Source: Chrysemys picta bellii (Eukaryota). From it: a stretch of 64,000 bases of DNA. Shown one piece after another: positions 48,112 through 60,327 of the stretch (the stretch's first letter is position 1; every line of letters starts with the position of its first letter). The DNA lies in assembly GCF_011386835.1 (NCBI RefSeq), contig NC_088791.1, positions 356,252,001-356,316,000 on the forward strand, written 5' to 3'. The position numbers and the translations under genes are program-made. A model generated the notes under the pieces. That model was not told the origin of the DNA. It saw nothing but the letters and a program-made list of their open reading frames with translations, and did no database searches.

Positions 48112-51100
48112 CATAAGAACATAAGAACGGCCGTACTGGGTCAGACCTATGGTCCATCTAGCCCAGTATCCTGTCTACCGACAGTGGCAAATGCCAGGTG
48201 CCCCAGAGGGAGTGAACTTAACAGGTAATGATCAAGTGATCTCTCTCCTGCCATGCATGTCCACCCTCTGACAAACAGAGACACTATTCCTTACCGATTG
48301 TGGCTAATAGCCATTAATGTACTTAACCTCCATGAATTTATCCAGATCTCCTTTAAACACTGTTATAGTCCTAGCCTTCACAACCTCCTCAGGTAAGGAG
48401 TTCCACAAGTTGACTGTGTGCTGTGCTTTTATTTGTTTTAAACCTGCTGCCTTTTAATTTCATTTGATGACCCCTAGTTCTTGTATTATGAGAATAAGTA
48501 AATAACTTTTTCTTCTCTACTTTCTCCACATCACTCATGATTTTATAGACCTCTATCATATCCCTCCTTAGTCTCCTCTTTTCCAAGCTGAAAAGTCCTA
48601 GCCTCTTTAATCTCTCCTCATATGGGACCCGTTCCAAACCCCATTTTATTTCTCCTTCTCTGAACCTTTTCTTGTGCCAGTATATCTTTTTTGAGATGAG
48701 GAGACCACATCTGTATGCAGTATTCAAGATGTGGGCGTACCATCGATTTATTTAAGGGCAATAATATATTCTCCGTCTTATTCTCTATTCCCTTTTTAAT
48801 GATTCCTAACATCCTGTTTGCTTTTTTGACCGCTTCTGCACACTGCAAGGACACCTTCAGAGAACTATCCACGATGACTCCAAGATCTTTTTCGTGATTT
48901 GTTGTAGCTAAATTAGCCCCCATCATATTCTATGAATAGTTGGGGTTATTTTTCCCAATGTGCATTATTTTACATTTATCCACATTAAATTTCATTTGCC
49001 ATTTTGTTGCCCAATCACTACGTTATGTGAGATCTTTTTGAAGTTCTTCACAGTCTGCTTTGGTCTTAATTATCTTGAGCAGTTTATTATCATCTGCAAA
49101 CTTTACCACCTCACTTTTTATCCCTTTCTCCAGATCATTTATAAATAAGTTGAATAGGATAGGTCCTAGGACTGACCCTTGGGGAACACCACTAGTTACC
49201 CTCTCCATTCGGAAAATTTACCATTAATTCCTACCCTTTTTTGGGAGGGAGGAATAGCTCAGTGGTTTGAGCATTGACCTGTTAAACCCAGGGTTGTGAG
49301 TTAAATCTTTGAGGGGGCCACTTGGGGATCTTGGGCAAAAATCTGTCAGGGGTTTGGTCTTGCTTTGAGCAGGGGGTTGGACTAGATGACCTCCTGAGGT
49401 CCCTTCCAACCCTGGTATTTGATAATTCCCTGTCTTTTAACCAGTTCTCAATCCACGAAAGGACCTTCTCTTTTATCCCTTGACAACTTATTTTACGTAA
49501 GAGCCTTTGGTGAGGGACCTTGTCAAAGGCTTTCTGGAAATCTAAGTACACTATGTCCACTGGATCCCCCTTGTCCACATGTTTGTTGACCCCTTCAAAA
49601 AATCTAGTAGATTCGTAAGACATAATTTTCCTTTACAGAAACCATGTTGACTTTTGCCCAACAATTTATGTTCTTCTAGGTGTCTGACAATTTTATTCTT
49701 GAATATTGTTTTGACTAATTTGCCTGGTACCGACATTAGACTTACTGGTTTGTAATTGCCGGGATCACCTCTAGAGCCCTTTTTAAATATTGGTATTACA
49801 TTAGCTAACTTCCAGTCATTTGGTACAGAAGCCGATTTAAAGGACAGGTTACAAACCATAGTTAATAGTTCCACAACGTCACATTTGAGTTCTTTCAGAA
49901 CTCTTGGGTGAATGCCATCTGGTCCCGGTGACTTGTTAATGTTAAGTTTATCAGTTAATTCCCAAACCTCCTCTAGTGAAACTTCAATCTGTGACAGTTC
50001 CTCAGATTTGTCACCTACAAAAGCTGGATCAGGTTGGGGAATCTCCCTAACATCCTCAGCCGTGAAGACTGAAGCAAAGAATTTGTTTTTTCTCCGCAAT
50101 GACTTTATCAAATTTAAGTGATCCTTTTGTATCTTGATCATTAAGGGGCCCCACTGGTTGTTTAGCAGGCTTCCTGCTTCTGATGTACTTAAAAAACATT
50201 TTGTTATTATCTTTGGAGTTTTTGGCTAGCCGTTCTTCAAACTCCTCTTTGGCTTTTCTTATTATATTTTTACACTTCATTTGGCAGTATTTATGCTCCT
50301 TTCTATTTCCCTCACTAGGATTTGACTTCCACTTTTTAAAGGAAGTCTTTTTATCTCTCACTGCTTCTTTTACATGGTTGTTAAGCCACGGTGGCTCTTT
50401 TTTCAGTTCTTTCACTGTATTTCTTAATTTGGGGTATACATTGAAGTTGTGCCTCTATTATGGTGTCTTTAAAAAGCGCCCATGCAGCTTGCAGGGATTT
50501 CACTTTAGTCACTGTACTTTTAATGTCTGTTTAACTAACCCCCTCAGTTCTGCATAGTTCCCCTTTTTGAAATTAAATGCCACAGTGCTGGGCTGTTGAG
50601 ATGTTCTTCCCACCACAGGGATGTTGAACACTATTGTATTATGGTCACTATTTCCAAGTGGTCCATCTATAGTTACCTCTTGGACCAGCTCCTGCGCTCC
50701 ACTCAGGACTAGATCTAGAGTTGCCTCTCCCCTTGTGGGTTCCTGTACCAGCTGCTCCAAGAAGCAGTCATTTAAAGTATTGAGAAATTTTGTTTCTGCA
50801 TTTCGTCTTGAGGTGACATGTTCCCAGTCAATATGGGGATAATTGAAATCCCCCACTATTATGGAGTTCTTAATTTTGATAGCCTCTCTAATTTCCCTGA
50901 ACATTTCATCATCACTATCACTGTCCTGGTCAGGTGGTCAATAATAGATCCCTAATGTTATATTCTTATTAGAGCAAGGAATTACTATCCATAGAGATTC
51001 TATGGAACATGTGGATTCACTTAAGATTTTTACTTCGTTTGATTCTACATTTTCTTTCACATATAGTGCCACTCCCCTCCACGCACAACCTGTTCTGTCC

Positions 51101-51301
51101 TTCCGATATATTTTGTACCCCGGAATGATTGTGTCCCATTGATTGCTCTCAGTCCACCTGGTTTTTGTGTTGCCTAATATATCAATATCCTCCTTTAACA
51201 GGGGGCACTCTAGTTCACCCATCTTATTATTTAAACTTCTAGCATTTGTGTACAAGCACTTTAGAAACTTGTCACTGTTTATCTGTCTGCCCTTTTCTGA
51301 T
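48112..51301 (-). mobile_element. CR1 subfamily b, near-complete decayed ORF2
   Basis: EN 50509-51309, tether/RT 49282-50415 and 3' tail cataagaacataagaac at 48112. Confidence 0.95.
49243..49425 (+). mobile_element. tRNA-derived SINE with a CR1 3' tail (tortoise Pol III SINE type)
   Basis: A-box tagctcagtgg and B-box-like gagttaaatc, then the CR1 tail ttggactagatgacctcctgaggtcccttccaaccc. Interrupts the CR1 RT; absent at the paralogous site ~965-980. Confidence 0.88.
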
Positions 51302-51780
51302 GTGACCACGGTCTCTCTGTCGGGAAGTGACCATATGACAATGGGGAAATAGAGTCACGGTCTTGCAGGGCCTGTTCACTGGGGCAGAGTGGAAAGGAAT
51401 TCACTGGGTTGCAACCTGGAACTGGGGACCACCGAGTCCTGTGTCAAACCAATCAGTTCCCCCTCACACTGTGAGGCTGTGACAAGCTGCAATCCTCTCA
51501 GGTCTTGCACTTACACAGCCATACACAGAGAGGGACACACCTAGGTGTTGAAGTTACCCCTGTCTTGTTGATCCAGACACTAGTCTGCTGCAACACAGAC
51601 CCAGGGTCCGGGCCATGCTCCCTAACCTGAAGGCTTTAGCTGAAAACTGCTCAGCAGGTTACCTGTCTCCAGCACCCAGACACCCAGTTTCCAAAGGGAT
51701 CCAAAGCCCAAATAAATCCGTTTTATTCTGTATAAAGCTTATACAGTGTAAACTCATACATTGTCCTCCCTCTTTTCATT
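51299..51780. mobile_element. LTR-like fragment abutting the CR1 5' break
   Basis: Starts TGTGAC and shares blocks with 52050-52190 and 24900-25150. Confidence 0.5.
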
Positions 51781-51929
51781 GAAGGATCTTCAAAACACGT
51801 AGCAAAGGAAAGTCTCTATGAATATATCACTATTATACTGATAGGTAAACTGAGGCACGGAGAGAGATGACCTTGGCTAACGTCTCACAGAGAATGACAG
51901 ACAGAAATGGTGGGTCCTGTTTTCCCTGA

Positions 51930-53114
51930 TGTTACCACAGTCTCTTCCTGAGTAGCTGAGCACATGACAAGTAGGAAAGGGACTCAGCTCTAGGGGGGCC
52001 TGTTCATTGCGTGGGTATAACAGGTTTCCCCTGGATACAGCCTGGAACTGGGCTACCACTGAGCTCTCTGCCATACCAATATGGGCCCCCTCTCACACAC
52101 TGAGGCTGTGATAAAATGCAATCTTCTCCAGATCTTGCACTTACAAAGCCATACACATGCAGAGAGACACCCAGCTGCAGTTACATGAATGCTTTCACTA
52201 GGCATCCATGAAACACCAATAGAGTAGAGGCTCCAGCCAGCTCCCCCCAGCTCCCCAGCCTAGGACACAAGAGTTGTACCATCCTCGCCTGGCCAAAAGC
52301 CTGACAAGTATAGGTTTATTTCCCAGTCTGCCCCTCCCTCAATGTGGAGAGGCCAAGCATCAGCCTGAGCAGATTTCCCTTTTACGTTTCAAACAACATC
52401 CTGTATTAAGTAAAACAATATAAAACAGATTTATTAATTACAGAAAGATCAATTGTTTAAGTGATTATCAGTAATAGTGTAAAGAACACAGTTGAAATCT
52501 GTGAAATAAACAACATCACAATCTAAGTTCAATACACTAGACAGGCTTTGAATCAAACAGTGTGTCACCCTGATGGGACAAACAATCCACCAATCTTCCA
52601 CACACAGGCTAGAAACCCCTTCAGCCTGGGACCACAGCCCCAGTTCAGTCCCAGATTCTAACATCTTTTGTAAAAAGAAGAACAGGAGGACTCCTGTTCT
52701 TCTTTTTGCGGATACAGACTAACACGGCTGCTACTCTGTAACATCTTTTGTGTTCAGTTGTGGGGGGAGTGAGGCCAAGTGATGATGTTGCTTCCACATT
52801 TTATAGCTTCTGCCATGTGGAGGTAGCTTCATTTTTCCAAGCAAAAGCCCCCAGCACAGTTAGTGGAAAAGTACAGACACAAGATGGAGTCCAGTGTCCC
52901 AGGAGCTGGTCACATGCCCTTGCATCCTTTCAGAACTTTAGGTACAAAAATGATACATGTATACAAATAGTGTAATCATATTCAGCAAATCATAACTTTT
53001 CCATTGATCTCTTACATCACATATTTCATATACTTTGTAAAAATCACATCATAATCATAGCACCATGGTAAATATGGGGGTCCCGGGTGTTGCTTTGGGG
53101 CACAGAATGTCACA
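51930..53114. mobile_element. Probable solo LTR (Gypsy-type)
   Basis: TGTTAC...TGTCACA termini and no coding capacity; TSD not convincing. Confidence 0.55.
52672..52738 (+). mobile_element. 67-bp Penelope-derived hairpin insertion, 13-bp TSD
   Basis: Perfect 17-bp inverted repeat plus tail gcggatacagactaacacggctgctactctg; TAACATCTTTTGT at 52659-52671 and 52739-52751. Confidence 0.85.
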
Positions 53115-53231
53115 CCTCTCCCCTTAGTTTACTTCAGGAGTGTTAGTCTCTGACTGATGCAGGAGCAGTGTGCTCAGGGTCCTCTTTACTTTTTGACCAT
53201 ACAACCCCCCAAGTGTTGCAAACATTGTAGT

Positions 53232-53480
53232 AAGTAACAGAGGGTCCTGTGGCACCTTTGAGACTAACAGAAGTATTGGGAGCATAAGCTTTTGTGGGTA
53301 AAAACCTCACTTCTTCTGATGCATCTGAAGCTTTCGTGGGTAAAAACCTTCAGATGCATCTGAAGAAGTGAGGGTCTTGCCCATGAAAGCTTATGCTCCC
53401 AATACTTCTGTTAGTCTTAAAAATTGCCACAGGACCCTCTGTTGCTTTTTACAGATTCAGACTAACACAGCTACCCCTCT
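53232..53480 (+). mobile_element. 249-bp Penelope-derived fold-back with a hammerhead-like core, 11-bp TSD
   Basis: Inverted arms spanning 53232-53447, tail cagactaacacagctacccctct and AACATTGTAGT at 53221-53231 and 53481-53491; CTGAAGA at 53360 and GAAA at 53385. Confidence 0.85.
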
Positions 53481-53930
53481 AACATTGTAGTGTTTATCCA
53501 CCGGTGTTCTTGCAAACTTCTGTGTACCTTTCCACACTTTGTAGATCAACCTAGTGATCTCAAAAGTCAGCAAATGTGTGCTTTTATACAGTGTTGTTAA
53601 CCATTGTGCTTTTCCAACTAGCTGTAAGTCAATACATATATTCATCAACGCCATAAGGTGTTGTGCCTCTGTTTCCCACTCCAGAGAGCAGACCAGGTTT
53701 ATTATCATTTCCCTTCTGTGACATGCTTTGAGCCTGTGAACAGGTGTTAGATGAGAAGCAGTATGGCTTAGTCACATACATCTTCTTGTTGATTACTCCT
53801 AGTATGTCCAAAAGCTTTCCTCCAAAATCATGCCTGCTACACCTTTTCATAGGTTTTCCATCACTACCAAATTTTTTATGCCATAAGATTTACCATTAGC
53901 AATTAACTTTGCATTATGAGATTTAATAAT

Positions 53931-54388
53931 CATAGAATCATAGACTATCAGGGCTGGAAGGGTCCTCAGGTGGCCATCCAGTCCACCCCCCTGCTCAAAG
54001 CAGGACCAATTCCCAACTAAATCATCCCAACCAGGGCTTTGTCAAGCCTGACCTTAAAAACCTCTAAGGAAGGAGATTCCACCACCTCCCTAGGTAACCC
54101 ATTCCAGTGCTTCACCACCCTCCTAGTGAAAAAGATTTTCCTAATATCCAACCTAAACCTCCCCCACTGCAACTTGAGACCATTACTCCTTGTTCTGTCA
54201 TGTGGTACCACTGAGAACAGTCTACATCCATCGTCTTTGGAACCCCCTTTCAGGTAGTTGAAAGCAGCTATCAAATCCCCCCTCATTCTTCTCTTCTGCA
54301 GACTAAACAATCTCAGTTCTCCTCAGCCTCTCCTCCTAAGTCATGTGCTCCAGCCCCCTAATTATTTTTGTTGCCCTCCGCTGGACTC
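53931..54388 (-). mobile_element. CR1 3' fragment at the left edge of duplicate unit 3
   Basis: ORF 54017-54310; tail catagaatcataga at 53931. Confidence 0.92.
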
Positions 54389-54389
54389 C

Positions 54390-55550
54390 GTAATTGCAGA
54401 ATGGGGCGGAAAAGTGTCACTCAATGGGGGAAGGAAGAAAGCAGTTCTGCCAAGTACCTTCCGGCACAGGATTGCGGAGTACCTGCAGGAAAGTTTCCTA
54501 GAGAACTCTCTGGAGGAATCCTGGGAAACCTTGGTGTGTATCAACAGTCTGCTCCCTCATACTGCCTAGGTGCACAGGGAAATGCCCAGCACACAGAAAC
54601 CCAGCCAGCCTTGTACATTTCTCTGCCCTCAACCAACCTCCACATTTCACAAAGCAAAACCACTTAGCAGGGGTCTATTTTCCTGCTTCTGGCTCACCTT
54701 ATTGTAACTGCCGAGACTGGCTGGACACCTCCAGAGTCGAGAAAAGCTTCTGACAGGACACAGCTCTGGGCAACCCCGGCATGGGCTCCACATCTTCTAA
54801 CGCCTCCACCTCTTCACCAATGACTTTCTCCTGTGGGTTAAGTCCAGTTTGCATCGTTTGCAGACCTACCAAAATATCCATGGGGCTCATGGCCAAGAAG
54901 GTGATGTCACAGACGAGAATAGCGTCCAACTCCTTATAAAAATGGCAGGTCTGGGGAGCAGCACCTGACTGACCATTTGCCTACCTTGCCGTCAGATTTA
55001 CGGCACTTCTGATACATGGTACTTCTGGTATGTGGCACTCAGCTCCTTCACCTTTCCTGTGCACTGCAGTGTGTCATAATCATGGCTCTTTTCCAACAAG
55101 CTGCACAAAATCTGCCCTTAGGTGTTGAAATTCCTTCAGCTGGAGCACAGCTGGGACTGCACAGCCTCCTCTCCCCAAATACTGAGCAGATCCAGCAGCT
55201 CCGCAGTGGTCCAAGAGGGAGAGCGTTTGCTGTGTGGAGCCACAATGGTCCCCTGAGAACAGGCAGTGTGAGCGCTCCATGCCAAACAGGAAGGGGAATT
55301 TCAAAATTCCCAGGCCTTTAAAGGGGATTGGCAGAAGGTGTTTACCTCGCTGCAGGGCAGAGGAGACAACAGCAGTCAGGATGGGCATTGTGGGAGTCCT
55401 TTGGGAGAGGGGCGCAAGTGTCCATGCTGGCATGTCGTCAACTAAACTTTTGTGTAAAATATCTTACAACTCTTGTCAAGGTGATTTTATTATGTCATTG
55501 AAACTGAGGCGTTTCATCGTCAATAGTGGCCTTGCAGTGTGGACACCTCC
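54390..55550. mobile_element. Partial Harbinger copy (Myb gene and right end)
   Basis: Direct paralog of 28851-29975. Confidence 0.88.
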
Positions 55551-55563
55551 ACTGTTTCTTTGC

Positions 55564-56140
55564 TAAATGGATATAAACTGGTCGTCGGGAAGTTTAGGCT
55601 TGAAATTAGATGAAGGTTTCTAACCATCAGAGGGGTGAAGTTCTGGAACAGCCTTCCAAGGGGAGCAGTGGGTGCGAAAGACCTCTCTGGCTTTAAGATT
55701 AAGCTTGATAAGTTTATGGAGGGGATGAATTGATGGGATAACGTGATTTTAGTCAATAGGACAATAACATGTCATCGCTGGTTATTAATAAAAATGGTCA
55801 ATGATGGGATATTAAAAGTTACTACAGAGAACTTTTTTCCGGAGGGTCTGGCTGGAGAATCTTGCCCACATGCTCGGGGTTCAGCTGATTGCCATATTTG
55901 GGATCAGGAAGGACTTTTCCTCCAGGGTAGATTGGCAGAGGCCCTGGAGGTTTTTCGCCTTCCTCCGCAGCATGGGGCATGAGTCGCTTGCTGGAGGATT
56001 CTCTGCAACTTGAAGTCTTTAAATCATGATTTGGCTAATTCAACAGCTGAGTCAAGGGATAGAATTATTCCAGGAGTGGGTGGGTCAGCTTTTGTGGCCT
56101 GCATCATGCGGGAGGTCAGACTAGATGATCATAATGGTCC
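55564..56140 (+). mobile_element. CR1 3' fragment of another subfamily, long 3' UTR
   Basis: gggaagtttaggcttgaaattagatgaaggtttctaaccatcagagg (GKFRLEIR..FLTIRG); replaces the sequence present at ~29990-30146. Confidence 0.8.
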
Positions 56141-56425
56141 CATAAAATATGGAATTCACATTAGTTGGGTCATGTGTTCATAATTCATATATCTGAATAA
56201 TGATAATGTCATTTTTCAGTGTGTGAAGAGCGACCAATCTGCTTCACCCATAAGAACAGCCTCCAGTGGTGCATGTAATGTCTCATATTAACATTCTCTC
56301 CATCCAAGCAATTGTACTACGACCATCACCCTCAAGCCTGGGCACATACAGGAAGCCAGTGGAACATACGGTACATGCAGGAGACACCGTTCAGCCTCAG
56401 TGTTGGACACCTTCTCCCCTACTCC

Positions 56426-57339
56426 ATGTCAGATTCCAACACAACCGACTTCACCAACCCCTCCAACTTCATCCTGCTGGGCATTCCTGGCCTGGAGACA
56501 GCTCACATCTGGATAGCCATAGCCATCTTGGAGAACTTCACCATCCTGTTCATCGTGAAGAGGGAGCCGAGCCTCCACGTGTCCATGTACTATTTCCTCA
56601 ACATGCTGGCCATCACCGATATCGTCTTGTGTATGTCCACCCTCCCTAAAATGCTGGCAATCTTCTGGTTCAATTCCAGGGAGATCGATTTCAGTGCCTG
56701 CCTCACCCAGATGTACTTCATTCATTGCTTCTCAGTGATGGAGTCTGGGATCCTTGTGGCGATGGCTTTTGATCGCTATGTGGCCATCTGCCATCCCCTG
56801 AGACATTCCACCATCCTGAAAAACCCCGTTGTGGCAAAGATTGGCCTGGCCATAGTCCTGTGCGGTGGAATGGTCGCACTGCCCTCTCTCCTCCTGGCGA
56901 GGCAACGGCCATATTGCAGGACCAACACCATCCCCCAGCCATACTGCGCAAATACAGTCGTAGTCAAGCTGGCCTGGGCTGACACGCACGGCAATAGTTA
57001 CTACGGCCTCTTTCTGCTTTTTGGTGTGTTGGGTCTGGATGGGATTTTTATTGCCCTGTCCTATGTCCAGATCCTCAGACCTCCCCACAAAGGACGCCCG
57101 GCTCAAGACTTTTGGGACCTGTGGCTCCCACCTCTGTGTCATTTTAGCCTCTTACATCCCAGGCCTCTTCATCTCCCTCATGTACTGGTCTGGCCAGAAT
57201 GTGCCTGGGCATATCCACGTTCTCATTGCCAACATGTACCTCCTGGTGCCCCCCCATGCTAAACCCCATCATCTACGGGGTGAGGACCAAACAGATCCAG
57301 GACAGGCTGCTCCGGCTCTTTACTCATAAAGGGACCTAA
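56426..57339 (+). pseudogene. OR52-like pseudogene (B2)
   Basis: Relative to B1: 24-nt in-frame deletion in TM1, GN->EN change, net -11 nt near 57078 (frameshift) and +1 C near 57250. Confidence 0.93.
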
Positions 57340-58509
57340 AGTTTTCTCCTGGTGCTCTGACTGTGAGATTGAGTTTCCGTTCAGAGCTGGCTTGTGACAT
57401 AGTGCTGGGCCCTCTTCCCTGAAACACTGACTGCACTGTCAAAGGGACATGAAATCCTTTCCTGGCCTCACTGTGCTGTGTCTGCCTGACAAACGGAGGA
57501 ATCAGTCTGGGTACAGCTCATTAACTCACAGGGTTGCCACCTTTCTAATTGCTGGTAACTGGACACCTGAGGCCCTGTGCCCTGCACCACATATTCTCCC
57601 TTGGCCCCTAGCCCCTGTCCCATGTATTTCCATAAGGCCCCTCCCACTCTCCCACCTATTCCTCCAAAGCTCCACTCTCTTATCCACCTCTTCCTCCAGG
57701 CCCCGCCTCACTTCTGCCTCTTCCCACAAAGTGCCACCCCTGTTGCTGGCTCCTCCCCTCCCCAACCCCAGTCACTCTCTGGATTATCTCCACCTCCCTC
57801 CCCGCCCCCCCAGCTGGGCTCCCTCTGCTCTGGGGCTGGGACAGGAGCTGCTGCAGCCTGACAAGGAGCCTGTAGTGAGTACAGTGAGGACACAGTGCTG
57901 GGGCCGACAGACCAATGAGGAGTGGAGAGGGAAGCTAGGAAACCCTATAAGAGCAGTGGATGGTTGGTAGCAGGGTTGTAAGGCAGGTGGGTGAGATTGT
58001 GCATCGTACAACTTGTGGGCCCCAAAGGTCAGCCACAAAGTCCTGAGGGAAGAGACCATTGTGTGGCTTGTTTCCTTAGCTTTCAGTTCCCTTTTGTTCC
58101 TCCTGGCTGGGGGCCTGTAGCTGGCAGTGTGTATGGGTATGGACTGGGAGCCCTTTGCCCTAACCCAGGTCTTGGGGCCGGGGTAAGAGATCAGCTTTGA
58201 AGCTAGGAGGACAACAGCTGAGTGAGGTGACAGGATAAGCCCCCATGTTAGATGGGAAGTTGGGATGCTGGGTACAGGACAGGGAGGTGTTGGTAGCTCA
58301 CAGTGAAGACGATAAATGGCAGATCTTCTATTATCTGGCTATTTGAACACGTACATAGCACCTTATCTGGAACTGCAGGGCACCCATTGCCCAGGGGCTG
58401 AATCTGAAAAGTGAAGCTAAGTCTAACATACACTCTTCATAATGATTTTGAACACTACATCTAGAAGCTCTTTTGCTAAGCAGCTAGGCAGCGTCATCAT
58501 ACAATTGCA

Positions 58510-59050
58510 GAATCATAGAATATTAGCGGTGGAAGAGACCTCAGGAGGTCATCTAGTCCAACCCCCTGCTCAAAGCAGGGCCAACCCCAACTAAATCATC
58601 CCAGCCAGGGCTTTATCAAACTGGGCCTTAAAAACCTGTAAGGATGGAGATTCCACCACCTCCCTGGGTAACCCATTCCAGTTCTTCACCACACTCCTAG
58701 TGAAATAGTGTTTCCTAATATCCAACCTGGAGCTCCCCCACTGTAACTTGAGACCATTGCTCCTTGTTTTGTCATCTGCCACCACTGAGAACAACCGATC
58801 TCCCATCCTCTTTGGAACCCCCTTCAGGTAGTTGAAGGCTGCTGTCAAATCCTCATTCTTCTCTTCTGGAGATTAAACAATCCCAGTTCCCTCAGCCTCT
58901 TATCATAGGTCATGTGCTCCAGACCCCTAATAATTTTTTTGCCCTCCGCTGGACTCTTTCCAATATTTCCACATCCTTCTTATAGTGTGGGGCCCAAAAC
59001 TGGACACAGGCCCATTAAATTTCCCTTCCAACCCTGATATTCTATGATTG
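58510..59050 (-). mobile_element. CR1 3' fragment (paralog of 32550-33420) plus a short + strand CR1/SINE tail
   Basis: ORF 58591-58848; cccttccaaccctgatattctatgatt at ~59023-59049. Confidence 0.85.
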
Positions 59051-60327
59051 TCTGTGATGCTGGAGAGGGAGCTTCACCTTACCCGAGAAATCACAGGTTT
59101 CCACCGTAAAACGATGAAGCTCATCCAGCAGCACAGTGGGGGATGGTGTTGTGGATTTATGATGATCCTCTGGCTGGGTCCCTGTCATGATCCTGTGGCC
59201 CATGGAGATGGGCAAAGAGAGAGCAGACCACCGGTTTGGTGATTGTACCGGTGGCACGGTGCAACCCATGTATATCTCCAGAAAGATAAATGGAGCTGGA
59301 GGGAACTGAGGAGCCCCTACAGTGTCAGGGAGGGGAGACAAAATACAGCCCCCTGAGGTTCATCCAAGGAGAGGGGAAATGAGACAACTCCTGGACGGCA
59401 GCAGTATGGAAGATGGAGAGGACAAAAATGAGTAGGACTTCTCTCCCCCTCTCCCCCCACAGCTCCTGCCTGCACTCTGTGGGTATGGCTAGGGCTTGGG
59501 GCAGCCTGAACAGAGGGCTTCTTCTGCTGCTGCAGCCTGGCAACCCGGGATCTTCCCCTCGCCCGGCGGCTCCTACTGGGGTTGGAGGCTTGAACTCCTG
59601 CCAGCTGAAGATGAGGAACCCCGGGCTCGGGGCTTCTGCCCCCTTCTGCTGAGCTGCTCCACATGAATCACATCCTGATTGCCATGTTCTTTTTCTCCCT
59701 CTGAGCCACCTGGCACTGGGCACTGTCAGAAGACAGGCTATTGGGCTACATGGGCCATTGGTATTTCCCAGTCTGGCCATTTTTAGACCCCAGATGTATC
59801 TGCCTCCTGCTGTATCCCACTATACCCCACCCCACTCCCAGAGCTGAGATAAATCCCAGGACCCCTGACGGGATCTCTCTCTCCACAGAGTTAGTAACAA
59901 ATTAAGAATAAACATTAAAATGTTAACACTAACCAGTATCCTTAAGTTACTTGCCATAAGATGTGAGAACATATTGGTTTTAGAGATGTCTGGGAAACAG
60001 CTGACAAGGGAGGAGAAGACGGGGGAAGTGACAGGAGCAGGGCATGGGGAGAAGACACACAGCAGGGTCAAGGCTTGACAGAAGAGGTGAGGCAAGATTG
60101 CAATTTCAGGGATCCACCTACAAGCAATTAAAAAGGTGGCAACCCAGTACAGTGTACATAGACTGACTCCCCAGTTCATCACATTGACACAGCACAGTAA
60201 GGACAGGGAAGGGTTTAATGTCTCTCTGTCTGTCCAGTAAGTGATTGAGGGAAGAGGCCCCAGCACCATGCACCAGCCAGCTCTGCACAGAGCTCAATCT
60301 GAGAGCCAGAACGCAAGGAGAAAACAT

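Noticed and set aside
51925-53119. TSD for the probable solo LTR
   Set aside because: Flanks cctga and cctct match only 3 of 5 bases, which is insufficient.
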